64,000 nucleotides of DNA from Tubiluchus corallicola (Eukaryota; Animalia; Priapulida). The notes beneath the pieces are model-generated. The model made no database searches. It saw only the letters and a list, made by a program, of their open reading frames with translations, and was not told the DNA's origin. Below, one piece after another: positions 25,505 to 40,140 of the stretch. Each line of letters begins with the position of its first letter. Within the stretch, counting starts at the first letter, position 1. A program made the translations under genes and the position numbers. The DNA lies in contig JAQGDQ010000299.1 of the NCBI GenBank assembly GCA_030141605.1, forward strand, positions 223,804 to 287,803. The letters run 5' to 3'.

Positions 25505-25872
25505 ACAACATCATTAAATTGACTAAGATATGTTGTCATTATAACGTTTCTAAATTTACCAAGGTATGTTGTCATCATAACATTACTAAATGACTAAGAT
25601 ATGTTGTCATCATAACGTTACTAAATTGACTAAGATATGTTGTCTTCATAACGTTACTAAATTGACTAAGATATGTTGTCATCATAACGTTACTAAATTG
25701 ATGAAGATATGTTGTCATCACAACATTACCAAATTTACCAAGGTATGTTGTCATCATAACGGTACTAAATTGACTAAGATATGTTGTCATCATAACGTTA
25801 CTAAGTTTAACAAGGCATGTTGCCACCATGACATAACTAAATTTACTAGTGTATGCTGCCATCATAACATTA
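25505..25872. repeat. 36-bp minisatellite, ~10 copies
   Basis: Unit cataacgttactaaattgactaagatatgttgtcat, with divergent edge copies. Confidence 0.95.
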
Positions 25873-26603
25873 GTACATTGTCATCACAACATTAAGAGTT
25901 TATTATTTACGAATTGTAAATTTGTGAATCTAGTAGATTGCGATAATTATTGCAACCCTTTTTAGTGAAAGGTTTTTGAAAGCGAGCTTTAACAGGCTTT
26001 CTGTATTCTACAACTAATTGTTAATACTCTAGTACAGAAGCATAATACGTAGTACATGTATACTAGAATACAACCACGCTGCAAATATGTTAATTAGAAC
26101 ATAAAATTAATTTGTCGAGAAGTTCTTTCTTCGAGTTGCCATGAAATTTGAAAATATCCTTGTACTTTATTGCTTGTCCTCGTGTAAGCACTTCACGTGT
26201 AAAATATGCAGATATGTAAGCAGTCGAGCACATCTTTTTCGTCGTTGCGTAAACTTCGTTGAAGAGCTCCGCTGTTTGTTTACAAAGTTTCCTGACTTAT
26301 AAGCTAAACTAATTTTGCAAAACATTTGAGAGCTTCGGCAAATCTTTTCACTGTAAAAGCTTTGTTTTCGACCACCTTGTGCACAATGACGTCTTTGTGT
26401 ACGGGAGTCATTTGCTTTGACGTCTTATCTTTTGGCCAAACTTGAGGTGAGACCGTCAAATAGAGATGGACTAGCCTGGGCCTCTTATCTGTAGAAATAT
26501 GTGTTTCAGTTACGTTTGCCGGAAGGTGAGGCCGAGAGAATCCGGAAGTCGGGGAAAGATGGTAGATTAATAGTTTGACATTTGCAGGGAGAAAATGTAA
26601 AAT

Positions 26604-26605
<2 letters not shown>

Positions 26606-26649
<44 letters not shown>

Positions 26650-26811
26650 AAGAAAAAGTCAGGAAGAGTGAGATAGAGAAGAGAGAGAAAGAAATGAGAA
26701 AGAAAGAGAGAGAGAGAAGAAGAAGAGAGAGAAAGAAATGAAAAAGAAAGAGAGAGAAAGAAAGAGAGAGAAATAAGAAAAAGAGAGAGAGAAGAAGAAG
26801 AAGAGAGAGAG

Positions 26812-26858
<47 letters not shown>

Positions 26859-26996
26859 GCGTGCGTGCGTGCGTGTGCGTGCGTGAGTGTGTGTGTACGT
26901 GCGTGAGTGTGTGTGTACGTGCGTGTGTGTATGTGTGTGCGCGTGTGTGTATGTGTGTGTGCGTGCGTGTGCGTGCGTGTGTGTGTATGTGTGCGT
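26606..26996. repeat. (GA)n and (GT)n/(GCGT)n microsatellites
   Basis: Directly visible. Confidence 0.97.
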
Positions 26997-27871
26997 TTTT
27001 GTCACTAGCGTTTTGTATGCTTGATATACTGTATTTAGATATAATTATATAAGTAAATTACACATTACATCCTTCGAGTGAAAATTCACACATTACGACT
27101 GGCATTCATGCGTAAATGTTTAAATAACATGCCATTATTATGCAAGCTCCAGTTAGTTTATGACTATGATATCCATAGATTTGTCCTGTAATTTTACCAC
27201 CTGTAAATCATTCAAGCAAAGTTACGTACCGACGAGTCCATTAACCTTTTTAACGAACACTTGATTGCTCGTACGTAAAACTGCTTTCTTCCAACAGTAC
27301 AAATTAGTCTGGAATTAGACTTTTTAAATTCCTTCAAAAAAATTGAATAGATGTTCAGTGTCTATTGAACTGGCAGATTAAGAAATGGAAATAGTGTGGA
27401 GCCATTTCTTGCATGAAAATTTGATGCACTGTCGGAGAATTTCAAAAAGGATTTTGTGCTGTGTTTATATTGAATGACATACTGTCTATTATGTCTGCGA
27501 CGGTATACTAGAATATAAAAATTACAGGAAAATGTAATTCCTGCAATAAAGCGAAATGCGTGTGGGTCAACAATTTTTTTTTGAAAAAAAGGTCCAACGC
27601 AAAAAAATGAAATGAATAGAAATGAGTGCCTGAATATAGGAATATAATCGCGTTATATCAGCACGTCTGGCAGGTCTCACTACCCCCTGTTGTCTAGGTG
27701 CTGTACTGTACAGAATTTTTGAAAGCTAAACTTGGCGAATATTGTAGAAATGTGAAAAAATCTCTGTACTGCGAAAAAAACAAGCATTTTTAACGAATTT
27801 AGAATTTTTACTTGCGCATACATTACATTACAATGACGTACAAAAATTTACAAAAGAAAGTTATTACATTA

Positions 27872-28052
<181 letters not shown>

Positions 28053-31000
28053 AACATGGATTCGGTTTTAAATGAAGTTAGCTTTAGAGGGGTAGAAGCA
28101 CCACTGCTTTTTATGTACAGTAAGAAAAAAGAGAATAGAACTGGTGTGATATAATTAAGTCATATTATTTTTTAGTCAAATAATCCAGTTCGGTTGAATG
28201 TTCGATATCATGTCACAAGAAGAAATGAGTTTTGCTATTAAGTTGTGCAGAACAGACGTGACGCGCCAGTTCATTGGAAATGCAGGTCCAAGGCTTTGGT
28301 ATGAAACGTCTATTGTAGCTTCACCTACATACGCATTGATTATTATCAGTATATAATTTACATTATACTTATTATTTAAGAATGTAGCGTTTATGTACTG
28401 TACTATACTTATGCATTTATGTACTGTATATGTTCTGTACTGTTGTACTGATGTGAAAGAAATAAATTACAAATGAAGCTGCATTAAATTTTTACCATCG
28501 ATTAGTTTTTCCAATTTGTAACTATTAATGCTCCTGAAAGTGCATTTCCACCTGGTAATTTTCAGAAACAGAAAAAAGGACTCAACTCAGCTGTAAAATA
28601 GAATTGGAACTTTTCAAATATTAAAAAGCTGTTCTTAATGCACAAAGTTTGCAGACGTACTTAACGTGTAAACGCAACTCAATTTGACAAAGTACAAAAG
28701 CAAAAACACGTTGTTAACTGCCCTTCAACAAAAAGGGTCAGTTACGACTACAATAGTTTCCCAAACAATGGCATAAATAATGGAAGGGGGCGCTTATGCG
28801 CACGAATATTAAACCAGTCAAATTAGAGTTAAATAAGAGGCCATTACAGACGCTAAGCCAATAACAAAATCGTCAGCTCCACTGTTGGCGTAATTCTAGG
28901 AGCATGCGCTGTACAATGGGGGTGTTTAGTACAACACAGTCTGGAAAATGTGTTATAGAGAATGTGGGACACCTGCTTAGCTGTCAGACGGGTGTAGGGC
29001 GTTAAATTAAAGATATGGCACGAAAATTGATGTTGTTGTGTGAGCCCATTTCGGACGTGGAACTTCAGAAATGATTGCTTTGCATAATTTTGTTAGTTTA
29101 AACTGCACCGAACTTCATTCTATGACAGTTAATAAATGCAAAATCGTCTTGCTTGCTGTGACAGTAGCTATTGGCTGGGGTCTTATTCATTTTACTTACA
29201 CACCTCGGCATTCTGAAAGACAGCGTCCAGTACTAAACTACAGTGACTAATGTAAATGACTGTGGACGGACCAGAACCTCACTAACTATCAAGAATAATT
29301 TTTAAGATAACATACTTATCAGTCGTACTGTCAATTACACTCGGTCATCAATAATCAATAGCTCGATATCAGTTGGTCAGTCAGTCCGCCAGTCAGTCAG
29401 ATAGTCAGTTTGGGAATACTCTCAATGAGCTCATAGCTTTGCTTATTGCTCTAGTGTAAAAACTATTGCTGTTAACAATAATGTGTTGTATTTTGATGTA
29501 ATATTTGGGAAAAGTGTATATAGTCTGTATAGCAGAGTCACTTACAGCACAAATTAGTTTAAAATCGGAGGCTGTGTTTAGTATCTAAAACGAAGGGTAT
29601 TGTTGTTGTATGTTCACTCTTCCGTAAACCATTTTTTGAAGATTTAGCAATATTAGTCAGATCTCGTTAATCTTTCATTATAATTTATTGTGCGGCCTAC
29701 TATAATACATAGTTTTGCATCATTTGCTCTTGGACTAAGCAAAAATACAGTATGTTCATGGGAAACTCCAACTCTCCAATTGTTGTAACTTAAGCTGGTT
29801 CACATATAACTGCTGCAGTATCAAATTTTGGTCCACATTGTTGGTTTTTATTTGAAAATTATACCCCTATAGCAACCAACTAACAGTTAATCTGTCAATG
29901 CTCTAGGCTGTTCTACAAAACCACACAATCCTACAAAACGTTTTGTTGCCTTTTTTGCGTGCATGCCATGGTCAATGGCCAGACCTGTATTTGCTATTGT
30001 CCAGTGCCAATGCTGACCATTGGCCGCAGAACGTGTGAAATTTCAATTGGCGTCTGATATAGCACTTCATGATGATAATTGGAGGTGTTCACACGAAGTG
30101 TCTGATGGAATCTCCTTTGCTTCCCATTGTCCTCCTTTGTAAGTCAATTCCGCCTCTCATCATGTCGTGAGTAACCAGTAATTTTCACTGCTCGGACAAT
30201 GGCGGAATCGGCTAATTGACCTACTGACCGCGCAATCTTGACTTCTCAGTCTTGTTTGTTTCGCGTTGACCGTTGAAAAATTTAAAATCTTTTAGATGCC
30301 AACGGCAACTGCTACGCACAGATATGTGCGCGCAAAAATCGATATTGCATAAATTATGTTTATTGCAAAGTGCCTGCTAATGAGATTATAGTGAAATATT
30401 ATGAGCTAAATTTACTATGAACTCAAAGTAAACGGCTTTATTTTTGCGATAAATTTTTATTGCAAACTGTGATGATTTTTCAGGTAATTTGCAAGAAAAT
30501 GACCACAGGTGACCACTGACCACTGATTAAAATTTATAGTGAAAATAAAACAGCTTAAGCAGCTGTATGCAAAAACAACATAGGAACTTACTAATGTAAA
30601 TCCTTTGTAATTTTGAATGTATATTTACTTACATAAATAACTATTTATATATCCAATGCAGTTACAAATAGATTACGAATAAAAAAGTAATTATTTATTT
30701 AATTAATTAGCCTAAGCTGTTAATTTATTGTACGCTCTTTGTGTCATGTTTATTTTTGCCTACTTTAATATTTAATATTTTGAAAAACAAAGACAAGAGG
30801 ATTCTGATGTTATTTTTATTTTAGGGTTCAGGATATGGCCTTGCTGTACATAACATCCTTATACTTTCCTACCGTCCAACCAGATTCTCTTTAAGTGTTT
30901 TTTCTCAAGAAAGTATTATGCATCTGGAAGGATTATCCATTCTTCTGTCACAACTCTTGCTTTCTTTACCCGTTAGCAACATGCCGTCAAAAGTTTTAAA

Positions 31001-32458
31001 AGAAAATCTCTCGTGGTTTTGACTTCACCAATTGATCTTGCGAAAGACGCGTCCATGATCTCTTTTTGCCCTCTGGGTAGGGATGCTTAGCCCCTACGAA
31101 ACATCATTATGCCCAGTTTTGGGGGGAACGGGTTAAGCATTAAAATCAATAGCTTCTACATTATAAGTTTACATCTTTCTTAAACTCAACTGACTTCTAC
31201 TGATGCTTATCAGTGGTTAAGAGGCTTTATTTAAAACTTGGCAAACCGGCTTGTAAAATAAACTTTAAGCAAATTCTTTGTGGCATTTTACGTAATCGTA
31301 CACTTTCGTGTAGAAAAACAAGAGTAAAAGAATGAAAGAAATTCAGAATCAAGTAAAAAGGAGAAAGGGGAAATCTTTGCAATAACGAGAAAATCGCACC
31401 AGATTTTATCTGTCGTGCCGCATTAGTATTGCAGCTCGCTTGAAGTTTTCTAATCTTTCGTTTTCAAGTTGTCTGACCAGTACCTTCCCTTGTTCCTTTT
31501 GACCCAGTAACTTGCAAACAATGATCAGAAATTCCAGTCGGCTGAATAAATCCCCCCACTTACGAGGATAAGATGATAGTTGAAATTCCTGACTCTTATT
31601 ATCGACTAGTTTACAAGTGTCTTCTTCAGAAACGCTTAGACTGTTGTTTTGGTCAAGTGAACAAGTCAAGGGATCTTGTTGCTACAATCTAGTGCATGTA
31701 AGTTAAGCAGCAAAGCAGCTAGCCAAAGCTTTGTTTGATGACCAGAGACAATGAGAAGTATAGCTTTTGTTTTTCGTTGATAATGTCTGAGAGAATAGAA
31801 TTCAAGTTGCAAAACCAAAAATCAGATACGTAGACCACGTGAAATGTAACTCGTGTAGCTTTGTATTTTGTGTACAACATTAATTTCTTATCTTATCAAG
31901 ATCGAGTTGCTCCGCCCACAGTTATTTTTAATATATAATAATGAATTTTTCATAACTACTACAGCGTATAAGAAAACTAGGTGTAAAAGTTGTAGCATCC
32001 TTTTTATTTGAGCTAATTCTTAACATCCTAGAAGATATGACTTTCGATTTTAAAAGCAAAATTTGACGCTTTACTACTGGGGTATGTTTTTATTTGCTTG
32101 TAATCTGTCTGTCATGACCTATTTTCAAGTTTTATTTTATACTAATTAGATTAAATTTCATTAAATTACGTTAATATCTGCATTAATTGTTCTTAATCTG
32201 TAGAAATTCTTCTACGTATTAATTTTGGAAATTAAGCTTTATAAAGCTATACAGCGACGCTCAAACGGTAACTGCAACGGCAATAAAAGCAGCTGTTACC
32301 CCACGCTTCTGGTAATAAGCCGCGACACGTGCCAACTTCTTAATTTATTTTTTCTAATTTATTACCCAATCTTTGCCGCCGCCACCATAGTTGCGTTATA
32401 GCCTTTTTGCCAAAGTACCATCATGGTGATGACATTGGAGCTGAGTGAATTATTTGGT

Positions 32459-33025
32459 CATTTAAAACCCATCTGGCAAAAATGGACGTTTTGGTTTGCA
32501 TACAGTCAGTAAATCAACATCATAGAGTTTACGAGGTGGATAATAAGGTTTCCCCATTTTTCGCTTGTTTCTTGTGATTTTGACAGGAAAATATAATTCG
32601 CTTCATTCAAGCCAACTTCAACTTGACCTCGCACTGTAGGGCACTCCACAGTTTGAAACAATGATTGTCGTTCTTGGTTTTTAGAAGTGAAAAAGGCAGG
32701 TTTGACATCTTTGAGTGGGCTTATAACACTAACAGCGGTCTTGCGAAAGTTTTTAGGGCTATAAGCCTATTCAAAGATGTCACACCTGCCTTATTCAATT
32801 CTAAAACTCAGGAGCGAGAATCATTGTTTCAAACTGTGGCGTGTCCTATTGTGCGAGTTCAAGTTGAAATTGGCTTGAATGGAGCGAATTATATTTTCCT
32901 GTAAAAATCACAAGAAACAAGTGAAAACTGGGAAACCTTATTATCCACTCGTAAACTCTGTAATGTCGGTTTACTGACTGTATGTAAACCGAAACGTCCA
33001 TTTTTACTAAATGGGTTCTAAATGT
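32459..33025. mobile_element. Long-TIR (foldback) MITE: ~228-bp inverted arms and a ~113-bp spacer
   Basis: 32459-32686 is the diverged reverse complement of 32800-33025, e.g. caggaaaatataattcgct / agcgaattatattttcctg and ccacagtttgaaacaatgatt / aatcattgtttcaaactgtgg. Confidence 0.85.
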
Positions 33026-33730
33026 CGTTAACTCTCCTTTTCGTGAATATGAACAACTTCTGATGACCGGACACGCTTCCATTTTAATAATTCACACCAC
33101 GAAAATTATTAAATTCTTCTGATACGAGGGAAAGTACCCCTAATTATCGAAGGAGAAGAGAGAAAGATAGGGAGAGTGAGAGAAAATGAGAAGGGACGGA
33201 AAGGAAAAGAGAGTGTGAGATATATAGTGGGTAATGTGAGATATATAACTGTGAGATAAGTGTGTATATAGGGGGGTGAAAAACAAAAAGAAGTGGTGGA
33301 GAGGTGACAATAATGACACTCAACAATCCTTTGTGGTCATTTTAAATGAGAATTGGATGGCAGTCTTGAGCTGACCAGCTCACAACAGTCACCATTAACA
33401 CATTCCGTGCTGCCATCGTTTAAACTTAAACTGGATTTGCGGCGACATTAGGCACAAAAAACCGGATATGAGAATGAATCCAACCTGCTGGTAATTTGTT
33501 TACATAACGTCATTCACGAAATATGTTTGTATTTCACGTGCAATTTAATATGGTTTATGATAATAGAAAAAAAACAGATGTATCATTTCTTTTAATTGAG
33601 TCTGCTCTCAAGTTTAACAAGGCTAAGAATGATTGCAGATCATTGCCTGCTGGTAGCCTGTGTAACTGCCCAAGTAAATTTTCATTTAAAATACATGTGA
33701 ATAATATGTGAGCATGTGGTTGTTTCAGTT

Positions 33731-34342
33731 TTAAGGAAAACTGGACGATTGTGTAGACATTAGTTCAAAATAAAGTGAGCTCAAAAGTCTTGAAAACTAC
33801 AACAACGTTTCACATATAGTTCAAAATAAAATATGCTCAAAAGTATTGAAAACTACAACAACGTTTTTTAAATCAAAGCTTAGATTAAATAATAATTACC
33901 TGAGATAGTTAAATTTTGTTAAATTTTCAAAGCTACACGCGGTTCAGCGAATCCAGTAAGAATGGCAACGACGCGTTTTTATCACATTTGCGTGGCCGAC
34001 AAATAGGCGCTGTACCGTGATAAGCGTGATTACGAACGGCCTAGTTCGTCTGTGACGTCAGTGTGACGTAGAGCTCAGTTTCGTGACATCATATCGGCAC
34101 CTTATAGCAATCTTAGCTTACGCAAACGTGTTTGAAGCGCAGGGGAAGATGGCTACAATTGCACAAACTGTTGTTAGTTTGTGACGTAAGCGATAGTTAT
34201 GTTCGATTGCCGTTAATTAACTGTTCAACTTAATTATTCAAATGTTAAAAACAATTGCTAACTTTGTAGGCACGAAAATGTATATTTTGGACGGAAAAGT
34301 AAAATGAGATTAAGTCTAACCATTCGTCCGGTTTTCCTTTAA
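33731..34342 (+). mobile_element. TTAA-flanked Kolobok-like family C, copy 1
   Basis: Termini ttaaggaaaactggacga and tcgtccggttttcctttaa; inverted paralog at 54710-55145; internal ~56-bp duplication at 33761-33866. Confidence 0.85.
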
Positions 34343-34974
34343 CAATTTTTCATAGTCTTGCGCAGTAGTTATTGTACTGCAGAGTGAAATAATGCACTTG
34401 AAAAACATTAACGGTTGTGCTCATGAGTAAAATGGCATTCTTTACTACTAACACTAACTACATCAGTTGACATGTAGTAATATTAAAACACATCGAGAAT
34501 TTATAGTATTACGGTAACTCTTATATATAGATATATATATAAATATCACTTCTACTGCGCGTCTAAAAGAAGACATGATATGTATTCATTTTATTTTGTG
34601 TCGTTATGGTTCGTCATTCCAAACGTTAGGCTCCCACAATCTCAGTTGATCAGAGCTGCCATCTATAAGTAGCTAACGAAAATGTTCGACGCACTAGAAA
34701 TTGCTCCATATTTTTTTGCATCATATTACCCCCGTATACAATATAGTTCAGATTTTTACGTCTTTAAACACTACAGATGATTAATAGCGATTATTGCGCT
34801 TTTGCAAGGTGTAAAATTCCTCTGAATTTCCGCTTCTTTAACTATAGTACGTGCATCGGTAGAGGATTTAACACTTGTTCAGATCTTGCTGTGCAAAACT
34901 CTCTTAAACCTCATTATGTTTATTTTTTAGTTAAACTTTTTTCGCGAGGTACGCCTATTATAATTATTGTAATG

Positions 34975-35807
34975 AGCTAAAAGCTTTTGATCTAGTCAAT
35001 CATATTGTATTACATGAAAAACTTTCGAGTATATGCCTGCGACGAATTAACATTAAACTTATTTGAGTTGTAAATGTTCGGACGTCGCCAATGTGTAAAA
35101 TTTAAAGCAAGTCTTTCCGACACTACCGTAATTGACATCGGCGTGCCACAAGGTTCCATATTAGGACCTCCGTTGTTTCTTTTATATGTCAATGATATGC
35201 ATTTGCAGGTGAACCATTCAATTTGTAATATGTTTGCTGATGACTCAGTGTTCTCGTCTTCTAGTAAAAGTGGTAGTCAGTTAGTGGGAAGACCTGTGTT
35301 CTCAAGTTCTAGTAAAAGTGGTACCCAGTTAGAGGGAGACTTGTATAAACATGCCTTCCAGATTTATGGAGCAAAACTATTCATTCGGCTTCCTCAAATT
35401 GTTCAAGAAACTCCAACTGTCGTGAGTTTTAAAAGGGTCATTTTAAATAATATATTGACGAATTTTACAAATTAATTTCACGCTTATTTTATTACAGGAT
35501 GTATTTGTTTTAACCTTATGGGCTTACAGTGATATCGTAACTTGCATGCTCAGAGATTTAGTTTTAATTTGTTTCTTATACATTATTTTTCATCTTATCA
35601 ATTGGTATTAATTTTATCAGCAGAATTTAAGCCTCAAAATATTTAATTTGCTGCCTAATTTTGCACGTACGTGTAAAATTTGTATATTTTTAAGTTCTAT
35701 ATCATATTTTGCACTTTTTATCTCTATTTATATTATGTATTGTTTTAGTACACTCGACCTGGATGTAAAGGAGCCTATGGCTCATTCTAGCTGTGGAGTT
35801 TAAAGAT
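34975..35807 (+). mobile_element. Non-LTR retrotransposon remnant (CR1/L2/Crack group), 5'-truncated and internally deleted RT plus 3'UTR
   Basis: Motifs KAFDLVNH, RRQCV, GVPQGSILGPPLFLLYVND and MFADD, then a jump to the C-terminal AFQIYGAKLF..LP..SFKR. The 3'UTR ends in the (CTTA)n tail. Confidence 0.9.
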
Positions 35808-36245
<438 letters not shown>

Positions 36246-36929
36246 AAATTCATGCACGCATCTCAATAGATTTGAGTTCAAACAAAACTCTTTTCTAGAA
36301 TGTACCTAACCGTTAATTAATGCGTTGTCAAAAACTCCATCGTCTAGAGTAATTCAAGCTCAAAAGGGCAGGAGTTAATATATCGAGTTTCGACTTTGAT
36401 TCGAAAAAAAACTTTGCATAAGAATCGACGGCAGTTGAATTCATGTCAGACAACAAGGCGCGCCATGTTTTGGAAAATTTCACGATATAAAACTGCATTG
36501 TGGTTAGGTGCTTCGCTGATCGCGATTGTTTGACAATTTTTCAATAAGGAAAGTGCGCCATTATCATGACAATGACTCAGACGACTTGTGAAGTGCAGTC
36601 ACTTTTGGTTATACAATAACTTATGTGGTGGCTAATGTGGCAGCACCAGCTGCTTCTGTGTACAGCGTGTGAGGAACTAACAGACCTTGCGTAATGGTAC
36701 GCAGGTCTAATATACTTAATGACCCAGATATGATGTGGAAATTTGAAAAAAATCTAAATAGTTAGGCCTACAACCGAGCTTTCTGACATGCTGGGAGTTT
36801 TTTGCTAAAAAATCGCTTTTACCATATATTTGCGTTAACAATAATTTGCCCGGTTTTTATTAATGATACATTTTCCCAGTTTTCTGTTTGATTTTTTTAA
36901 TATAATTAGTAAAAGAGAAAAATGTGAAA

Positions 36930-36957
36930 CGGAGAGAAAGAGAAAAAGAAGGAGAGA

Positions 36958-37011
<54 letters not shown>

Positions 37012-37084
37012 GGGGGGAGAGGAGAGAGAGAGCACGAGCGAGAGAGAGAGAAAGAGAGAGAGAGAGGGAGAGAGAGAGAGAGAA

Positions 37085-37117
<33 letters not shown>

Positions 37118-37270
37118 CAGAGAAAGAGAAAAAGAGAGAATGAAAGAATGAACAGACAAACAAAGAGAGAACGAAGAGATGCAGACAAGAGAGGGACAGG
37201 AACAAAGAAAGAAGAGAGGGGAGGGAGAGGGAGACAGACTGAAGAGAGAAAGATAGAGAGGGTAAGAGAA
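36930..37270. repeat. (GA)n polypurine tract
   Basis: Directly visible. Confidence 0.95.
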
Positions 37271-37536
37271 AGCGCCGTAAATGTACAATGATATTGGATC
37301 TGAATTATAACTTTTTTAAAATGCCCATCTTTGGTTGTATAAAACTATAACTGAATAGAATGTATTTTGTTACCACAAAAGATGCTTATGCTTGCTCAGG
37401 CTAGTAATCTTACATGTTGTAATTTTCACGCTGTTTTTTATTTCTTTTTAAATTTTAATTATTCCTAATTTTATTTTGTTTGTTGTATATTTGACTTTGT
37501 TTCACTGTAATCATGGTGTTTCTCATAATCGTATAT

Positions 37537-38066
37537 TTAAAGGAAAGAACAACTAATTCAGCATGTTGGGATTATTTTAGCTGCTATCATTTAAATTTAG
37601 AAAAAATATAATTAGTAAATTAGCAAGAAACTGTTTGCAAAGCACAAAGTTAATTTACAGAAATTTACAGGCAGCGCGGTGGTAGCCACCATTCACTTGA
37701 AAAATATGACGTAATTGGTAGACTTCGTGGCATCGAGGCTTTCCGTAAACCCCGGCCGGTTAGAATAATTCAAACTTCTGCAGCTTACCTAGTATTCGTG
37801 CAGAAATATCTCAAGATTAGCTGTCTGATTTTGTGTCTTATCCTTTTGACACAAATTAACAGTGAGCTACTTTTCTTCAGTTGACGAATGACGTCATTGG
37901 TGGAAAAAATGGGCGTTCAGAATAGGAGCGCTTAAGCCTGATTTGATCGCGACTTTAAAGTGATTATACTAATTACACGAGGCGTTTGTCACACTTTTAT
38001 TAATAAATATTTCTCGTGTACATCGAAATAAGCCTAGCTTCCCAGAAGGGTTGACTTTTCCTTTAA
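37537..38066 (+). mobile_element. Kolobok-like family B, full-length copy
   Basis: Termini TTAA-aggaaagaacaac and gttgacttttcct-TTAA; homologous to 16374-16929. Confidence 0.88.
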
Positions 38067-38393
38067 TTTTGCACGCGCAATTTTCACCAAAAAGGCAAGC
38101 GGACACAATGCATACTATCCATTGCAGTACAACATGCATGCATTAGCATATTGTTAGTATCACAATGCCTAAAAAGGCAAGTTAGATAATTATGTAGTTT
38201 GACTCGCAGGCGTACGTGGTAATTACGGGGTTTCTGAGACCCCGAGGTTGTGGGCTAGTGATTACACATAACGGTATATTTCATTGTATCATTGGTGCCG
38301 AGGGGGCATTTCAAAACCGGCTTTCAAATAGGGCTTACCGATTATGGTGAGTTCTTTGCAAGGTGACTAATAAGTCACATTGAAAAAAGACGT

Positions 38394-38855
38394 GGAAAAA
38401 AGTCGCAGGGAAAAGTCACAGGAAAAAAGTCACAATTTTTTCTGAGACTTCTGTGACTTTTTCCTGTGACTTTGTACCTGTGACGTTTTTACTTGTGACT
38501 TTTGACCTGTGATTTTTTAATGTGACTTTTTTACCTGTGACTCTTTACCTCTGACGTTTTTACCTGTGACTTTTAACATGTGATTTTTTTACCTGTGATT
38601 TTTTTACCTGTGACTCTTTACCTCTGACGTTTTTACCTGTGACTTTTTTACCTGTGAGTTTTTACCTGTGACGTTTTTACCTGTGACTCTTTACCTGTGA
38701 CTTTTTCACCTGTGAGTTTTTTCCTGTGATTTTTTTCTGTGACTGTTTTACCTGTGACTTTTTACTTGTGACTTTTTTCCTGTGATTTTTTTCTGTGACT
38801 TTTTTACCTGTGAACTTTTTGCCTGTGACTTTTTTAGATGTGATGTTTTTACCTA
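38394..38855. repeat. 14-16-bp tandem array (tttttacctgtgac) with three inverted lead copies
   Basis: Three gaaaaagtcacag-type units at 38394-38434 face more than 25 units of the opposite orientation at 38452-38855. A related short patch lies at 17875-17942. Confidence 0.9.
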
Positions 38856-39641
38856 GATTCTTTTATACTGCATTTCGCATTTTCCGACAGAGAATTTTTA
38901 AGCATTGCAATGTAAAAGTATATAAAAAAGATAAATGATAGTAATGTTGCTTTATTTTTAAGGTAATAATTTCCACCTTGGTGTTTATACGCCCTCTGTG
39001 CAATTAGGGTCGCATTTCGATATGACCCCCAATTATCGCGGAGAAGCTAAAACCGCCTCCAGAAAGAGTAACGGTACAAATAACTGCTGTCAATTACAGC
39101 TTTTTAACATGTTGCATAGCGGGTTATTATTATTACCGTAAATAACAATGGACAAAAAACGTGACTGGGGGTGGGGGGGGGTGAATATAAAGAACCGCGT
39201 GGGAAGGTAGCACATGTTATACACGATGGTACTAATTGCTCTTTTACTAGAGAGGATGTTCTTCAATAGGCGATGCAGCTATAGACGAAAGTAAAAAAAA
39301 GCTGAATTGTATTTCGTTAACTTCAAAGGACCGTTGGCGCTTGAATCGTCTACGTCGAGGACTTAAAATGGCGCTCAGTTGCTATGGTTTTGGGCTCAAG
39401 TCCAGGGTCTCCCAAAGCCAAGATGCATATGTATGATATTCGTTGTTCTTGTGTTATTACTTCGTACATGTTGTTGTGTAACTGCTGTTTTGTTTTTGTT
39501 TATCAATGGGAATGTAACTGTATCTTTTCCTTATGATAATTTTGGTTCTTCATTCGTCAGCGTACATTTGGTCAATGCACATATGGTCAATGGATATTTC
39601 GACATTGTACATTCCGCTACTGTGTTTGCGTTCCATAACAT

Positions 39642-40140
39642 TCTTCTTCTTCTTCTTCTCAGCTTTTCCCTATGCGGGGTCGCCGTTGTGAATGAGTCTT
39701 CTCCACGCATTCCTGTTGTTGACCATCTCTTCATTTATGTCTTCCCTTCCCAAAAGATCTTCACCGACTCTTCTTTTCAGGTGTCCATATCATCGCAATC
39801 TTGCAAGGCTTCCACTACTTTTACTGTTCCTCTGATATTATTATTTCTAATTTTATCTCTTCTTGTTATTCCCACCATCCATCTCAACATCCTCATCTCC
39901 ACCACACCCATTTTCTTCTCTTCGGCCTTCTTTAGAGAAGCTGCTTCCAGCCCATAGATTAGAGCGGGTCTGACCACTTCTTTGTGGACTTTCCCTTTAA
40001 GTCTCACCGACTCATTCATAGAAGGTTTTGGCGCAGTTTTTACAGGCGGATGCCCTTCCTGACCCTAACCCTCCCTATTTATCCGGGCTTGAGACCGGCA
40101 CTGAGTTGGGTTGGCTTGCCCCCCCCCCAGTGGCTAGGTT
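39642..40140 (-). mobile_element. Non-autonomous, internally deleted RTE retrotransposon with a 5' twister ribozyme
   Basis: TSD ttg(c/t)gttccataacat at 39626-39641 and 40141-40156; (GAA)n 3' tail; post-RT RTE peptide LKGKVHKEVVRPALIYGLE...EMRMLRWMVGITRRDKIRN; 5'UTR gtcaggaagggcatccgcctgtaaaa. Confidence 0.92.
40063..40140 (-). ncRNA. Twister ribozyme, 3' cleavage-product portion
   Basis: Minus strand AA-CCUA-GCC-[ACUGGG...CUCAGU]-GCCGGUCUCAAGCCCGGAUAAA-UAGG-GAGGG-UUAGGG matches the twister core (GCCGGUCCCAAGCCCGGAUAAA...GAGGG). P2 (CCUA/UAGG) and P3 pair; the 5' strand of P1 is absent. Confidence 0.88.

Noticed and set aside
30830-31700. Possible exon or RTE remnant (including ORF 31406-31669)
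   Set aside because: Only vague resemblance to LINE C-terminal peptides, with stops and frameshifts; not supportable without a search.
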